Shown one piece after another: positions 1 to 9,339 of a stretch of DNA of 64,000 bases (the stretch's first letter is position 1; every line of letters starts with the position of its first letter). The notes beneath the pieces are model-generated. The model worked only from the letters and a program-made list of their open reading frames with translations. It searched no databases and was not told the origin of the DNA. This stretch comes from Aggregatilineales bacterium (GTDB lineage: Bacteria; Chloroflexota; Anaerolineae; Aggregatilineales; Ch27), in the NCBI GenBank assembly GCA_029976025.1, contig JARKNX010000025.1, positions 184 to 64,183 on the forward strand, in the 5' to 3' direction. The translations under genes and the position numbers were made by a program.

Positions 1-907
1 TCAGCGTCGGGCGGACAATCGTCGATTCGGGGATGTTATCGAAGCCGATCACAGCCACGTCATCCGGTATCCGGTACCCGGCATCCTGCAGGGTCAGGAT
101 GACGCCGATAGCCATCAGGTCATTGAGCACGAATAACGCCCGGGGCAGCCTTTTGCTGGCCCTGATCAGCGCGCGCGCGGCCTCCTCACCGCCCGGTATC
201 GTGAAGTCGCCCATAACCATGAAACGCGGATCGATGCCCAGCCCCAGCTCATCGAGGGCGCGCTTGAAACCCCGCCAGCGGCGCGGGCCGGGCGGCAGAT
301 CCTCCGGCACGCCGACAAAGCCAAATTCTCTGTAGCCGCGCTCATTCACCATCCAGCGGGCGGCTTCATACATAGCCGCTTCATCATCGCCATAAACGAC
401 ATCGATATTCGGGTGCTGGATATGCTGCCCGAGAACCACGATCGGCGCGTTGGCCAGGGAGAGAAAGCCGTCCAGGTCCTGATCGGTCAGGTGGATAGGG
501 ACGAGGATAGCGCCATCCACCACCCGCTTTGAGAGGACTTCGGCGAAGTGCATTTCCCGGCTATAGATATGGTCGCTGTTGGAGATCAGAACTTCATAGT
601 CGCGCTGGCGGGCCACATCCTGCACGGCGCGCGCTATCACGTGATAAAAGCTGTTGGTAATATCCGCCACCAGCAAGGAGATCATCCCGGTGCGCTGCGT
701 GCGCAGGCTGCGGGCAATGACGTTGGGATGGTAGCCCAGCTCGGCAACCGCGTCCAGGACACGCTGCCGTGTTGCCGCGCTGATCTGCACCGCTGTCTTG
801 TTGTGGTTCAATACACGGGAAACAGTCGGCTGGGAGACACCTGCCAGCTTCGCTACATCATACATTGTTGGCTGTTTAAGCCGCTTCAGAGTCTTTTCTG
901 CGGTCAT
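1..907 (-). CDS. LacI/GalR-family transcriptional regulator (C-terminus runs off the left window edge)
   Basis: Absent from the ORF track because there is no stop in the window. Manual reverse translation from the ATG (complement of 905-907) gives MTAEKTLKRLKQPTMYDVAKLAGVSQPTVSRVLNHNK...RQRVLDAVAELGYHPNVIARSLRTQRTG, a canonical LacI HTH. The frame is still open at position 2 (...IPDDVAVIGFDNIPESTIVRPTL, LacI sugar-binding core). Divergent from the arabinan ABC/GH operon. Confidence 0.9.
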   Translation of the reverse strand, partial: MTAEKTLKRLKQPTMYDVAKLAGVSQPTVSRVLNHNKTAVQISAATRQRVLDAVAELGYHPNVIARSLRTQRTGMISLLVADITNSFYHVIARAVQDVARQRDYEVLISNSDHIYSREMHFAEVLSKRVVDGAILVPIHLTDQDLDGFLSLANAPIVVLGQHIQHPNIDVVYGDDEAAMYEAARWMVNERGYREFGFVGVPEDLPPGPRRWRGFKRALDELGLGIDPRFMVMGDFTIPGGEEAARALIRASKRLPRALFVLNDLMAIGVILTLQDAGYRIPDDVAVIGFDNIPESTIVRPTL

Positions 908-943
908 CGGGTGCTTCTTTGCCCTCTATACTGTCTTGAGCAT

Positions 944-959
944 ATCAAACCGGTGTTAT
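944..959. promoter_or_regulatory. Candidate LacI-type operator (imperfect palindrome ATCAAACCGGTGTTAT)
   Basis: Six of 8 positions pair across a central CCGG. It lies between the LacI start (907) and the -35 of the divergent promoter. This is a weak call made by eye. Confidence 0.25.
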
Positions 960-981
960 GTGTATAAATTCAACAAAATGC

Positions 982-1012
982 TTGACAGAACCGCAAAGTT
1001 ATGTTGTATAAT
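982..1012 (+). promoter_or_regulatory. Sigma70-like promoter of the arabinan ABC/GH operon
   Basis: TTGACA at 982-987 and TATAAT at 1007-1012, preceded by TG. The spacer is 19 nt, slightly long. The promoter sits in an AT-rich intergenic region and implies a leader of about 300 nt before the SBP gene. Confidence 0.5.
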
Positions 1013-1319
1013 GATGTAGTGCATACGAATACATGATTTCGATTGCATCAAACTCATTATACACGCTTTTTGTCTGCCGCAACTGTCGAGTCACAACATG
1101 ACTCCAATCCTACACATGAAATCATCAGAATACCCTGTGTTATCGGGAAAGGAGGTGAAGATAGCCAGAAGCTACTGGGATATCTGGCAAAGCGCGCGCC
1201 AGGTCGGTCCGCCTTCTCTGTCTTTTCACGGCAGAGAACTTTTAAGAAGTTTCAACCCCTCGGCAGTAAGAAGTTTCACCCATCGATCTGAATCTACTTT
1301 TTGAATGAGGAGCCTATCA

Positions 1320-2684
1320 ATGTTCAAGCGTTCGTCTATCGCTTTGACCGCAATCCTGGTCGTCGTCCTGATGGTGATGATGTCATTCGCCCTCACGGTT
1401 CAGGCCCAGGATGGCGGAGACACACCGCCTACCGAGACCCCCTCCGTGGTTGGCGCCGGTGGCACCCAGATCACCTTCTGGAACGGCCTGACCGGTTCTG
1501 ACGGCGTCACGCTGATCGAAATGCTGAACGGATTTGCTGAAGACAACCCGGACATCCAGGTCATCGTTGAAATGATCGCCTGGGGCCCGCTCTATCAGAA
1601 GCTCCAGACAGCGTTCGTGGCCGGGACCTACCCGGACGTGTTCATGCTCCATGCGTCGGAAGTCCCCCAGTACGCCAGCTACGGCGTCCTGCGCGATCTG
1701 ACCGACCAGTACACCTCTGGCGGCGGCTGGCTCCCCAATGACGACATTTCTGCCATCACCATGAGCGGTATGATGTGGGGCGATGGCCCTGAAATCTGGG
1801 GTATTCCGCTGGATAACCACGGCCGTGGCCTGTGGATCAACGAAGATATGTTCGAAGCGGCCGGTATCTCCACCGATCCCGACAGCGCGCCGACCACCTA
1901 CGAAGGCTGGGTGGAACTGTTCCAGAAGCTGACGCTCGACGCCAACGGCAACAACGCCCTGTCGCCCGACTTCGATCCTGAAAACGTTGTGCAGTGGGGT
2001 TATACCGTCGGCGAATGGCCGAACGTCAACTTCATCGGCGCCCTTTACCAGCATGGCGGGTCATTCCTGAGCGACGACGGCCTGACCGTTACTGTTAACT
2101 CTGAGGCCGGTATCACGGCGCTGCAGCAGACCGTCGATCTGGTCTACAAGTACCATGTCTCCCCGCCCTCGGCCGGCTTCGACACCTGGCAGGCTTTCGG
2201 GGCCGGCACGGTCGCCGTGCTCCCCACCGGCACCTGGTACCGCAACCAGTCCCTGCTGCAGACCGATATCCACAGCCGGGCCTGGCGCAACGTGCAGTGG
2301 GGCCCCCACCCGGCAACCTGGATTGGCATCCACACCTGGATGGTTCCCGCTGGCCTGGAAGACCCGGAGAAACTTGACGCCATCTTCCGCATGATCGAAT
2401 GGGTCAGCAACAATCAGGTGCTCTGGGCCGCCTCCGGCCAGGTGCCCGCTCGCCTGTCCGCACAGGCCGCTCTCGACCCGGAGAACTACCCGTCCAACAT
2501 CCTGCTGGGCCAGTCCTTCTCCGAATACGGCGTGCAGGACCCCAAGACGACCGTAACGCAGGAAATCCTCGGTTATCTGGACGCCGAGCTGCAGAACGCG
2601 CTGAACGGCCTCAAAGACCCTGAGACGGCGCTGAACGACGCTGCGGAGTTGATGCAGGAAGCGCTGGATCGTTCCCAGATGTAG
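1320..2684 (+). CDS. ABC transporter substrate-binding protein (family 1, CUT1 type)
   Basis: ORF 1305-2684. Start moved to ATG 1320, which has GAGGAG about 7 nt upstream. Hydrophobic leader MFKRSSIALTAILVVVLMVMMSFALTVQAQ. It is the first gene of an SBP-permease-permease unit. Confidence 0.9.
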   Translation: MFKRSSIALTAILVVVLMVMMSFALTVQAQDGGDTPPTETPSVVGAGGTQITFWNGLTGSDGVTLIEMLNGFAEDNPDIQVIVEMIAWGPLYQKLQTAFVAGTYPDVFMLHASEVPQYASYGVLRDLTDQYTSGGGWLPNDDISAITMSGMMWGDGPEIWGIPLDNHGRGLWINEDMFEAAGISTDPDSAPTTYEGWVELFQKLTLDANGNNALSPDFDPENVVQWGYTVGEWPNVNFIGALYQHGGSFLSDDGLTVTVNSEAGITALQQTVDLVYKYHVSPPSAGFDTWQAFGAGTVAVLPTGTWYRNQSLLQTDIHSRAWRNVQWGPHPATWIGIHTWMVPAGLEDPEKLDAIFRMIEWVSNNQVLWAASGQVPARLSAQAALDPENYPSNILLGQSFSEYGVQDPKTTVTQEILGYLDAELQNALNGLKDPETALNDAAELMQEALDRSQM

Positions 2685-2702
2685 GCTTCAAAAAGTAAAC
2701 GC

Positions 2703-2729
2703 GGGGTGGGTCAGCTACTGACCCACCCC
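2703..2729 (+). promoter_or_regulatory. Intercistronic GC stem-loop after the SBP gene
   Basis: GGGGTGGGTCAG-cta-CTGACCCACCCC forms a perfect 12-bp stem 19 nt after the SBP stop. No clear U-tract follows, and the permease gene starts at 2857. Confidence 0.6.
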
Positions 2730-2856
2730 CTGTCCTTATACCGCCATGCGAATGGCGTGGCCTCCCCCTGAAATGATTTGCCAGATTAACACCCTTCCTC
2801 ATATGATAAAGACTGTCGCGCGTTTTCTTGAGACGCATGTGTGGAGGACATAGCAT

Positions 2857-3792
2857 ATGGCCAGTATCGCCCAGAAACGAGGTACAAAGCCTACAGGGTT
2901 TCGCCGGCTTCTCTCACCCGATCTGAAGACCCGCGAAGTCATCGCCGCCTATATCTTCCTGTCGCCCTTCCTGATCTTCTTCACGATCTTCTTCATCCGC
3001 GCCACTATCGCATCGGTCGGCTACAGCTTTCTGGACTGGCGCCTGCTACGCCCCTCCCCCCCCTATATCGGTCTCGAAAATTACGCCGAGCTATTCAACG
3101 ATCATATCTGGTGGGATTCGGTCTGGCATACGTTCTACTTCGCTATCATGACCGTGCTTGGGACCACCATCGTGGGGCTGGCGGCGGCCCTGGCCGTGAC
3201 CAGGCCGGTTCGCGGCGCGGGCTTCATGCGCGTCTTCCTGTACATCCCGCAGATTCTGTCGGCAGGCGCCATGGGCCTGATCTGGAACTGGCTGCTGAGC
3301 GGTCAGTTCGGCGTCATCAACTATGTCCTGAGCTTTGTAGGCATCCGCCCGGTCAACTGGCTGGGGGATCCCAATCTGGTCATCCCTGCGCTCAGCCTGG
3401 CGACGATCTGGTGGACCTTCGGCTTCCCGATGCTGATCTTCATCGCCGGCTTACAGGGTATCCCGGGGCATCTGTACGAAGCAGCCAAGATCGATGGTGC
3501 AAACGGCTGGCAAGCGTTTCGCTATATCACCCTCCCGCTGCTGCGCCCCACCATTCTATTCATTATGGTGACCGGGGTGATCGCCCACTTTCAGGTATTC
3601 GGGCAGCCGTACCTCATCTCAGGCGGCGGGCCGGGACGATCGTCATGGACGGCCGTCATCTACCTGTACAACCAGGCCTGGGTCGCCTTCCGCATGGGGT
3701 ATGGCGCTGCCGTAGCGATGACCATTGCCATCATCATGGCAGTCATCACCGCCTTTCAGTTCCTCGTTATCAGCCGGCGTGTTGAGTACTAA
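2857..3792 (+). CDS. ABC sugar permease (MalF/UgpA type)
   Basis: 311 aa and polytopic. EAA-loop region YEAAKIDGANGWQAFRYITLPLL. GGAGGA RBS at 2843-2848. Confidence 0.92.
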   Translation: MASIAQKRGTKPTGFRRLLSPDLKTREVIAAYIFLSPFLIFFTIFFIRATIASVGYSFLDWRLLRPSPPYIGLENYAELFNDHIWWDSVWHTFYFAIMTVLGTTIVGLAAALAVTRPVRGAGFMRVFLYIPQILSAGAMGLIWNWLLSGQFGVINYVLSFVGIRPVNWLGDPNLVIPALSLATIWWTFGFPMLIFIAGLQGIPGHLYEAAKIDGANGWQAFRYITLPLLRPTILFIMVTGVIAHFQVFGQPYLISGGGPGRSSWTAVIYLYNQAWVAFRMGYGAAVAMTIAIIMAVITAFQFLVISRRVEY

Positions 3793-3804
3793 AGGGGATA
3801 CGCG

Positions 3805-4650
3805 ATGAGCCTCGGAAAAATCTCACTCCCCAACTACCTGGGTACATACATATTCCTGATCGCGATCGGGATTCTGGTTCTCTTCCCGCTGTCCATTGCC
3901 GTCTCGCAGTCCTTCATGACCAATCAGGAAGTCAACCGCTGGCCGCCTAAGATCATCCCTACTGAGCCTACGATTGAGTCCTACCGCGCTCTGTTCACGC
4001 AGCAGGATATCCGGCTGGACCTGTGGCTACGAAACAGCCTGATCGCGACGATCGGCCATACCGCCGCCGTGCTGGTCATCTGCACGCCCGCGGCCTATGC
4101 CTTCGCCCGGCTCCAGTTCCCCGGCAATAAAATCCTGTTTTCCCTCCTGCTGGTGACAATCATGATTCCGGGGCAGGTGACGCTGATCCCCAACTACATG
4201 CTGATGCGCGATCTGAAGTGGCTGGACTCGTACAACGCGCTGATATTCCCCGGCGCGGCCAACGTGTTCGGCGTCTTCCTCCTGCGCCAGTTCTTTATGC
4301 AGGTCCCGCGCGAGCTGGAGGAGGCGGCGGTCCTCGACGGCTGCGGCTACCTCGGGCGGTTCTGGCACGTGATCCTGCCACTTTCCACCAACGCGGTTAC
4401 GGCGCTGGGCATCTTCGTCTTTCTGGGCCACTTCAACGATCTATTCTGGCCGATCATCGTCACCAGCACGCTGGCTACGCGCACCCTGCCGGTGGGCCTC
4501 TCAATCATGCAGTCATCTTATGCCGGCCAGTATCGCCCGATGATTCTGGCGGGCGCGGTCGTCTCAACGCTCCCGGTGCTGATCGTCTACATCATCTTCC
4601 AGCGCCGGATTATCCAGGGCGTCACGCTGACGGGAATGGGAGGAAGATAG
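3805..4650 (+). CDS. ABC sugar permease (MalG/UgpE type)
   Basis: 281 aa. EAA loop LEEAAVLDGCGYLGRFWHVILPL. Starts 12 nt after the preceding stop. Confidence 0.92.
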   Translation: MSLGKISLPNYLGTYIFLIAIGILVLFPLSIAVSQSFMTNQEVNRWPPKIIPTEPTIESYRALFTQQDIRLDLWLRNSLIATIGHTAAVLVICTPAAYAFARLQFPGNKILFSLLLVTIMIPGQVTLIPNYMLMRDLKWLDSYNALIFPGAANVFGVFLLRQFFMQVPRELEEAAVLDGCGYLGRFWHVILPLSTNAVTALGIFVFLGHFNDLFWPIIVTSTLATRTLPVGLSIMQSSYAGQYRPMILAGAVVSTLPVLIVYIIFQRRIIQGVTLTGMGGR

Positions 4651-4797
4651 GGTCAGGGCACCATGCAGTTGTAATCGCCATCTTCGTACAGGCTCGCTAC
4701 AACCAGTTTATCCTTACGCTCGGTGGAGGGCAGCGCTGGCTGCCCCCAGGCGAAGCGTCGACTGTTCCGGGTTTGCTCAGTGAGGTGAGAAACGACA

Positions 4798-6300
4798 ATG
4801 TCTGCTCCTGCCCGTATCTATCTTGACACCAACCGTGTCATCAGCCCGATTTCGCCGCTCCTGTTCAGCGGCTTCGCCGAGCACATGGGACGCGCCATTT
4901 ACGAAGGCATCTACGAGCCGGCGTCGCCCCACGCTGACGAAAGCGGCCTGCGCAAGGATGTGCTGGCTGCGCTGCGCGAGCTTAACTTCCGCGCCATGCG
5001 CTACCCCGGCGGCAACTTCCTGAGCGGCTACCGCTGGCTGGATGGCGTCGGCCCGCGCGATCAGCGCCCCCGCCGCCGCGATCTGGCCTGGCAGTCAATC
5101 GAAACTAACCAGTTCGGCACTAACGAGTTCATTGAATTCTGCAAAAAAGTTAACACCGAGCCAATGCTGGCCGTGAATATGGGCACCGGGACCATCCAGG
5201 ATGCGGCCAACCTGGTCGAATACTGCAACGCGCCCGTCGGGACCCAGTACGCCGACCTGCGCGCCGCGCACGGCTACCAGGCCCCGCACGGAGTCAAGTA
5301 CTGGTGCATCGGCAACGAGATGGATGGGCCGTGGCAGATCGGCCATCTGGAAGCGGACGCCTACGGAGCCAAGGCGCGCGAAGCGGCCAAGATGATGCGC
5401 TGGCACGATCAGTCGATCAAGCTGGTCCTGTGCGGCTCTTCTTCCATCAATATGCCGACCTTCCCCAAGTGGGACCGGGTGGCGCTGGAGCGGTGCTGGG
5501 ATGTGGTGGACTATCACTCCCTGCACTATTACGCCGAAAACGTCGAGGACGACACACCCAGCTACCTGGCCAGCAGCGCCGCATTTGAGAGCTACCTGGA
5601 TACGCTGACGGGCGTCCTGCGCTATGTGAAGGCCAGGCAGCGCTCCAACCACGACGTGTATCTCTCCTGGGACGAATGGAACGTGTGGTACAAGGCCCGC
5701 GCCCATTCCGATATGCAGGGCGGCTGGACCGAAGCGCCGCATCTGATCGAGGAAGTCTACAATCTGGAAGATGCTCTCGTCGTCGCCCAGTGGATGAACG
5801 TGTTCCTGCGCAAATCGGACGTGCTGAAGATCGCCTGCCTGGCCCAGGTCGTGAACGTGATCGCCCCGATTCTGACCACGCGCGATGCGCTCCTCAAGCA
5901 GTCGATTTACTACCCGTTCATGCTGTTCAGCCGGCTGGCCTCAGGCGCCGCGCTGGATGTGGCCGTCAAAGCGCCCCTGTACCAGACGACGAAGTACGGC
6001 GAGATGCCGCTGCTGGATGTCTCGGCCTCCTATGATGAAGCCACCGGCGCCAGCGCCGTCTTCATCGTCAACCGCAGCCAGACGGAGAGCCTGCCGGTGG
6101 AACTGGTCTGGCAGGACCGCGCGCCGAAGAGCATCCGCGCCGCCCACCAGTTGAGCGGCACCGATCCCAAAGCGGCCAACAGCTTCGCCAACCCCAACCA
6201 GGTCGTCGCCGTCAAGATCGCCGAGCCAGCAACCAGCGGCAACACCACCTCGCTGGTCGTGCCGCCGCTGTCGTTCACCGCGCTTGAGGTCGCTCTGTAG
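4798..6300 (+). CDS. abfA: Alpha-L-arabinofuranosidase, GH51
   Basis: 500 aa with no signal peptide. Motifs [28 protein letters not shown] and [15 protein letters not shown] are typical of GH51 AbfA. GAGGTGAG RBS. Confidence 0.93.
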   Translation: MSAPARIYLDTNRVISPISPLLFSGFAEHMGRAIYEGIYEPASPHADESGLRKDVLAALRELNFRAMRYPGGNFLSGYRWLDGVGPRDQRPRRRDLAWQSIETNQFGTNEFIEFCKKVNTEPMLAVNMGTGTIQDAANLVEYCNAPVGTQYADLRAAHGYQAPHGVKYWCIGNEMDGPWQIGHLEADAYGAKAREAAKMMRWHDQSIKLVLCGSSSINMPTFPKWDRVALERCWDVVDYHSLHYYAENVEDDTPSYLASSAAFESYLDTLTGVLRYVKARQRSNHDVYLSWDEWNVWYKARAHSDMQGGWTEAPHLIEEVYNLEDALVVAQWMNVFLRKSDVLKIACLAQVVNVIAPILTTRDALLKQSIYYPFMLFSRLASGAALDVAVKAPLYQTTKYGEMPLLDVSASYDEATGASAVFIVNRSQTESLPVELVWQDRAPKSIRAAHQLSGTDPKAANSFANPNQVVAVKIAEPATSGNTTSLVVPPLSFTALEVAL

Positions 6301-6414
6301 GTTTTTCCATATCTTTCGGGGGGCGGGGCCAGCCCGCTCCCCTGCGGAATCCCTCACCGGCTTGCCGGATCACCCCTCCCCTGTGCAGGTAATAGAGACT
6401 GGCCGGAGACACTC

Positions 6415-7920
6415 ATGAACAAAGGTATTCGGGCAAAGTCGTGGATCGGCATTTCTTTCGCGGCGCTTATCCTGGTCCTGATCGCGGGCGTCGCGCATGG
6501 CCAGGATGGCGGAGGCACACTCCGTAACCCGCTGAATTATACGGGGGCTGACCCCTGGCTGACCTACTACGATGGCAACTACTATCTGGCGGCCACAACC
6601 TGGTCCTCCGAGTGGACGATGCGCCGGTCGCCGACGCTGGCCGGGTTGAAGGAAGCCGAGCCGGTACGCATCTACTTCGAGACGGATCCCTCTCGCTGCT
6701 GCAATATGTGGGCGCCGGAGTTCTACCTGCTGGACGGTCCCAATGGGCCGCGCTGGTACTTCTACTACACAGCGGGCACGCCGTTCGGCAACTACGACCG
6801 GCAGCGCAGCTACGTGCTGGAGAGCGCAGGGACCGACCCGATGGGGCCATACACTTTCAAGGGACAGCTCGCGCCGCCCGGCCAGGAGGGCACATGGTCA
6901 ATCGACGGCAGCGTGCTGCAATTGAACGGGAGGCTGTACTTCCTGTATTCGGCTTTCAGCCCGATGCAGTCGGTCTTCATCGCGCCGATGAGCAACCCCT
7001 GGACGGTCAGCGGCCCCGGCGTCCTGATCACGGAGCCGGAATACCCCTGGGAGATGAGCGGCGGGACGGTCAACGAAGGGCCGGTTGCGCTGCAACATGA
7101 CGGCCAGACATTCCTCATCTATTCCGCCAGCGCCTGTATCACTGGCGACTACAAGCTGGGGATGCTGACCTACAATGGCGGCAACCCGCTGAGCCGGGCG
7201 TCGTGGATCAAATCCCCTGAACCTGTTTTCCAGCGCTCCGATGAAAACGGCGTCTACGGCCCCGGCCATAACGGCTTTTTCCGCTCGCCGGACGGGACCG
7301 AGGACTGGATCGTCTACCACGCCGTTGATTTCCCGGAGGGTGCCTGCGACGGCCGCCGGACGACGCGCGTGCAGCGCATCAACTGGAACGAAGACGGCAC
7401 GCCCGACTTCGGTGTGCCGGTCTCAACCAGCGAAGCCATCCCCGCCCCTTCCGGCGATACGGGCGTTGACCCGCTGCCAGAGCTTCCGGAACGGGTGATT
7501 TCCCGCTTCCGCGCTTACCCGTCCAACACCGCTTATCTGCGCCACGCCGCCTTCATGGCCCGGCTTGATTCCAACCCGGTGCCGCGAGCCGATTCGGAAT
7601 TCGTCATCCGGCCCGGCCTGGCCGATCCGGAGGCGGTCTCTATCGAGTCGCTCAACTTCCCCGGCTTCTTCCTGCGCCAGCAGAACAACGCCATCTACGT
7701 CCTGCCTGACGACGGCTCGGCAGACTATGCCGCCGACGCGACGTGGTGGATCCGGCCCGGCATTGTGGACGAGACCGGAATCTCGCTGGAGTCGTACAGC
7801 CGGCCCGGGACCTTCATCGGGCGGGCTATGGGGATTGTCGCGCTGACGCCGGTGACCGGGTCCAGCCCGGTCCGGGCGCAGGAGGATGCTACCTTCTTCC
7901 TGGAGGAAGCCGTACGGTAG
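6415..7920 (+). CDS. Secreted GH43 glycosidase with C-terminal AbfB/CBM42-like arabinose-binding domain
   Basis: Signal peptide MNKGIRAKSWIGISFAALILVLIAGVAHGQ. GH43 propeller motifs NPLNYTGADPWLTYYDGNYYLAATTW, MWAPEF and GPGHNGFF. C-terminal repeats YLRHAAFMARL, FPGFFLRQQNNAIYV and SYSRPGTFIGR. Confidence 0.85.
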   Translation: MNKGIRAKSWIGISFAALILVLIAGVAHGQDGGGTLRNPLNYTGADPWLTYYDGNYYLAATTWSSEWTMRRSPTLAGLKEAEPVRIYFETDPSRCCNMWAPEFYLLDGPNGPRWYFYYTAGTPFGNYDRQRSYVLESAGTDPMGPYTFKGQLAPPGQEGTWSIDGSVLQLNGRLYFLYSAFSPMQSVFIAPMSNPWTVSGPGVLITEPEYPWEMSGGTVNEGPVALQHDGQTFLIYSASACITGDYKLGMLTYNGGNPLSRASWIKSPEPVFQRSDENGVYGPGHNGFFRSPDGTEDWIVYHAVDFPEGACDGRRTTRVQRINWNEDGTPDFGVPVSTSEAIPAPSGDTGVDPLPELPERVISRFRAYPSNTAYLRHAAFMARLDSNPVPRADSEFVIRPGLADPEAVSIESLNFPGFFLRQQNNAIYVLPDDGSADYAADATWWIRPGIVDETGISLESYSRPGTFIGRAMGIVALTPVTGSSPVRAQEDATFFLEEAVR

Positions 7921-7949
7921 GCCGGGCGAGCGCGGCTGCTGAATCGCGA

Positions 7950-7996
7950 GGAGGATTCTGCACCTGTCTCACAAGGTGCGGAATCCTCCCTGTTTC
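7950..7996. terminator. Bidirectional terminator between convergent GH43 genes
   Basis: GGAGGATTCTGCACC (7950-7964) pairs with GGTGCGGAATCCTCC (7975-7989). This gives a 15-bp stem with one G-U and a 10-nt loop, followed by CTGTTTC. Confidence 0.6.
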
Positions 7997-8028
7997 ATCC
8001 AGCGCAGGGCAAGATCGGGCTTGCCGCG

Positions 8029-9099
8029 TTACTCCGCCCCGCCGGGGTAGACTGGCAGCGGCCAGCCGTCATCATCCCACACCAGCGTGTTGATGTGCAG
8101 GTAGGAATTTTCCAGCCTGTCGGCGGCATCGTAAGCGTGGTAGACGATGTAATCCACTCCGTCGTCGTCCAGGAGTATCCCGTTATGGCCGGGGCCGCGC
8201 CAGCGCTCAGTGGGAAAGGTGACCTGTGTCCCGCCGCCTCGCAGCATGGGGACGCCGTCGCGGTCCACATACGGCCCGGTGATCGCCTCCGAACGCCCGA
8301 CCATGACCAGGTAATCGCTCGCAGCGCCACGACAGCAAGCGCCAAAAGACACGAACAGGTAGTAGTAATCGCCCTTGCGGACAATAAACGGCGCTTCGAC
8401 CGCCCCGTTGTCCTCGAATCGCCGGGCCAGCGAATACAGCGTCTCATCCTCGGTGGAGAGCTTGCGGGTCTCCGGGTCCAGGCGGCGCATCTTGATGCCG
8501 CTCCAGAAGCTGCCGAACACCAGCCACGGCGCGCCCTCCTCATCCAGCACGAAATTCGGATCGATGCAGTTATAATCATCCGTCAGATGCGATTCGATCA
8601 CGATACCTTCATCGACCCACCGGAAGGCGTCATCGGTCACCTTGAGGGTTTCGTTGGTGGCCAGGCCGATGGCCGAGCGATTGCTGCCAAAGGTGGAGGC
8701 GGAGAAATACAACTGATATTTGCCGTTGTAGTAGGAAATATCCGGCGCCCAGATACTGCCCTCGCTCCCCGGGATCGCCCGCTGAGCCTCCGTGATGACG
8801 CCGGTGAAAGGGATGGCCGGCAGGAAGAGCTTCCAGTCCAGCCTGTCCAGGGATCGCCGCGCCGGGATGCCCGCTCCGGTGCAGTACACCCAGTAAACGC
8901 CATCCGACTTGATAATTACCGGGTCGTGGGCTGTCCGGGTGAAGCCGGTGAGCGGGAGACTCATGGAAGTGTCATCCTCCGGCGTGCTGGTGGGGGAAGG
9001 CCCCTGCATCCGGGCCAGGCGCGGCAGGCCCAGCCCCAGGGCGGCGCCCAGGACAAGGCCGGCGCGAATAAAACGGCGGCGTGTAAACCCTGCTGGCAT
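8029..9099 (-). CDS. Endo-1,5-alpha-L-arabinanase, GH43, Tat-exported
   Basis: ORF 8029-9153. Start placed at ATG 9099, preceded by GGAAGGAGAG. Twin-arginine leader MPAGFTRRRFIRAGLVLGAALG. Motifs HDPVIIKSDGVYWVYCTG, IWAPDISYYNGKYQLYFSASTFGSNRSAIGLATN and GPGHNG. Confidence 0.88.
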   Translation of the reverse strand: MPAGFTRRRFIRAGLVLGAALGLGLPRLARMQGPSPTSTPEDDTSMSLPLTGFTRTAHDPVIIKSDGVYWVYCTGAGIPARRSLDRLDWKLFLPAIPFTGVITEAQRAIPGSEGSIWAPDISYYNGKYQLYFSASTFGSNRSAIGLATNETLKVTDDAFRWVDEGIVIESHLTDDYNCIDPNFVLDEEGAPWLVFGSFWSGIKMRRLDPETRKLSTEDETLYSLARRFEDNGAVEAPFIVRKGDYYYLFVSFGACCRGAASDYLVMVGRSEAITGPYVDRDGVPMLRGGGTQVTFPTERWRGPGHNGILLDDDGVDYIVYHAYDAADRLENSYLHINTLVWDDDGWPLPVYPGGAE

Positions 9100-9339
9100 A
9101 AGCTGCTCTCCTTCCGGGCACAGAGGTGGGGCCTGACTCTTGCTACTCGACATGCCCGTAATCGGCTACAGGCGTTCGTGCTTCAGTCTATGATTACCCC
9201 GGGAAATTGTCAATTGAGGTCGCATGACACAGACGCCTGATCGCGGCAACCGGGGAGGAGCGCGGCAACTCACGGCTGCAGAAAGCCCGGCCAACTGGAT
9301 ATACTTCAGGCAGGTGCCGCGCCAATCGGAGACTGGCTT

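Noticed and set aside
1088-1104. Inverted repeat GAGTCA-caaca-TGACTC in the first operon leader
   Set aside because: It is a single short 6-bp-arm repeat. That is expected by chance in this amount of intergenic DNA, and there is no second copy.
1043-1304. Small ORFs (82 and 68 aa) in the leader of the first operon
   Set aside because: No RBS was found. They overlap each other in different frames and have no protein-like features. They are more likely untranslated leader sequence.
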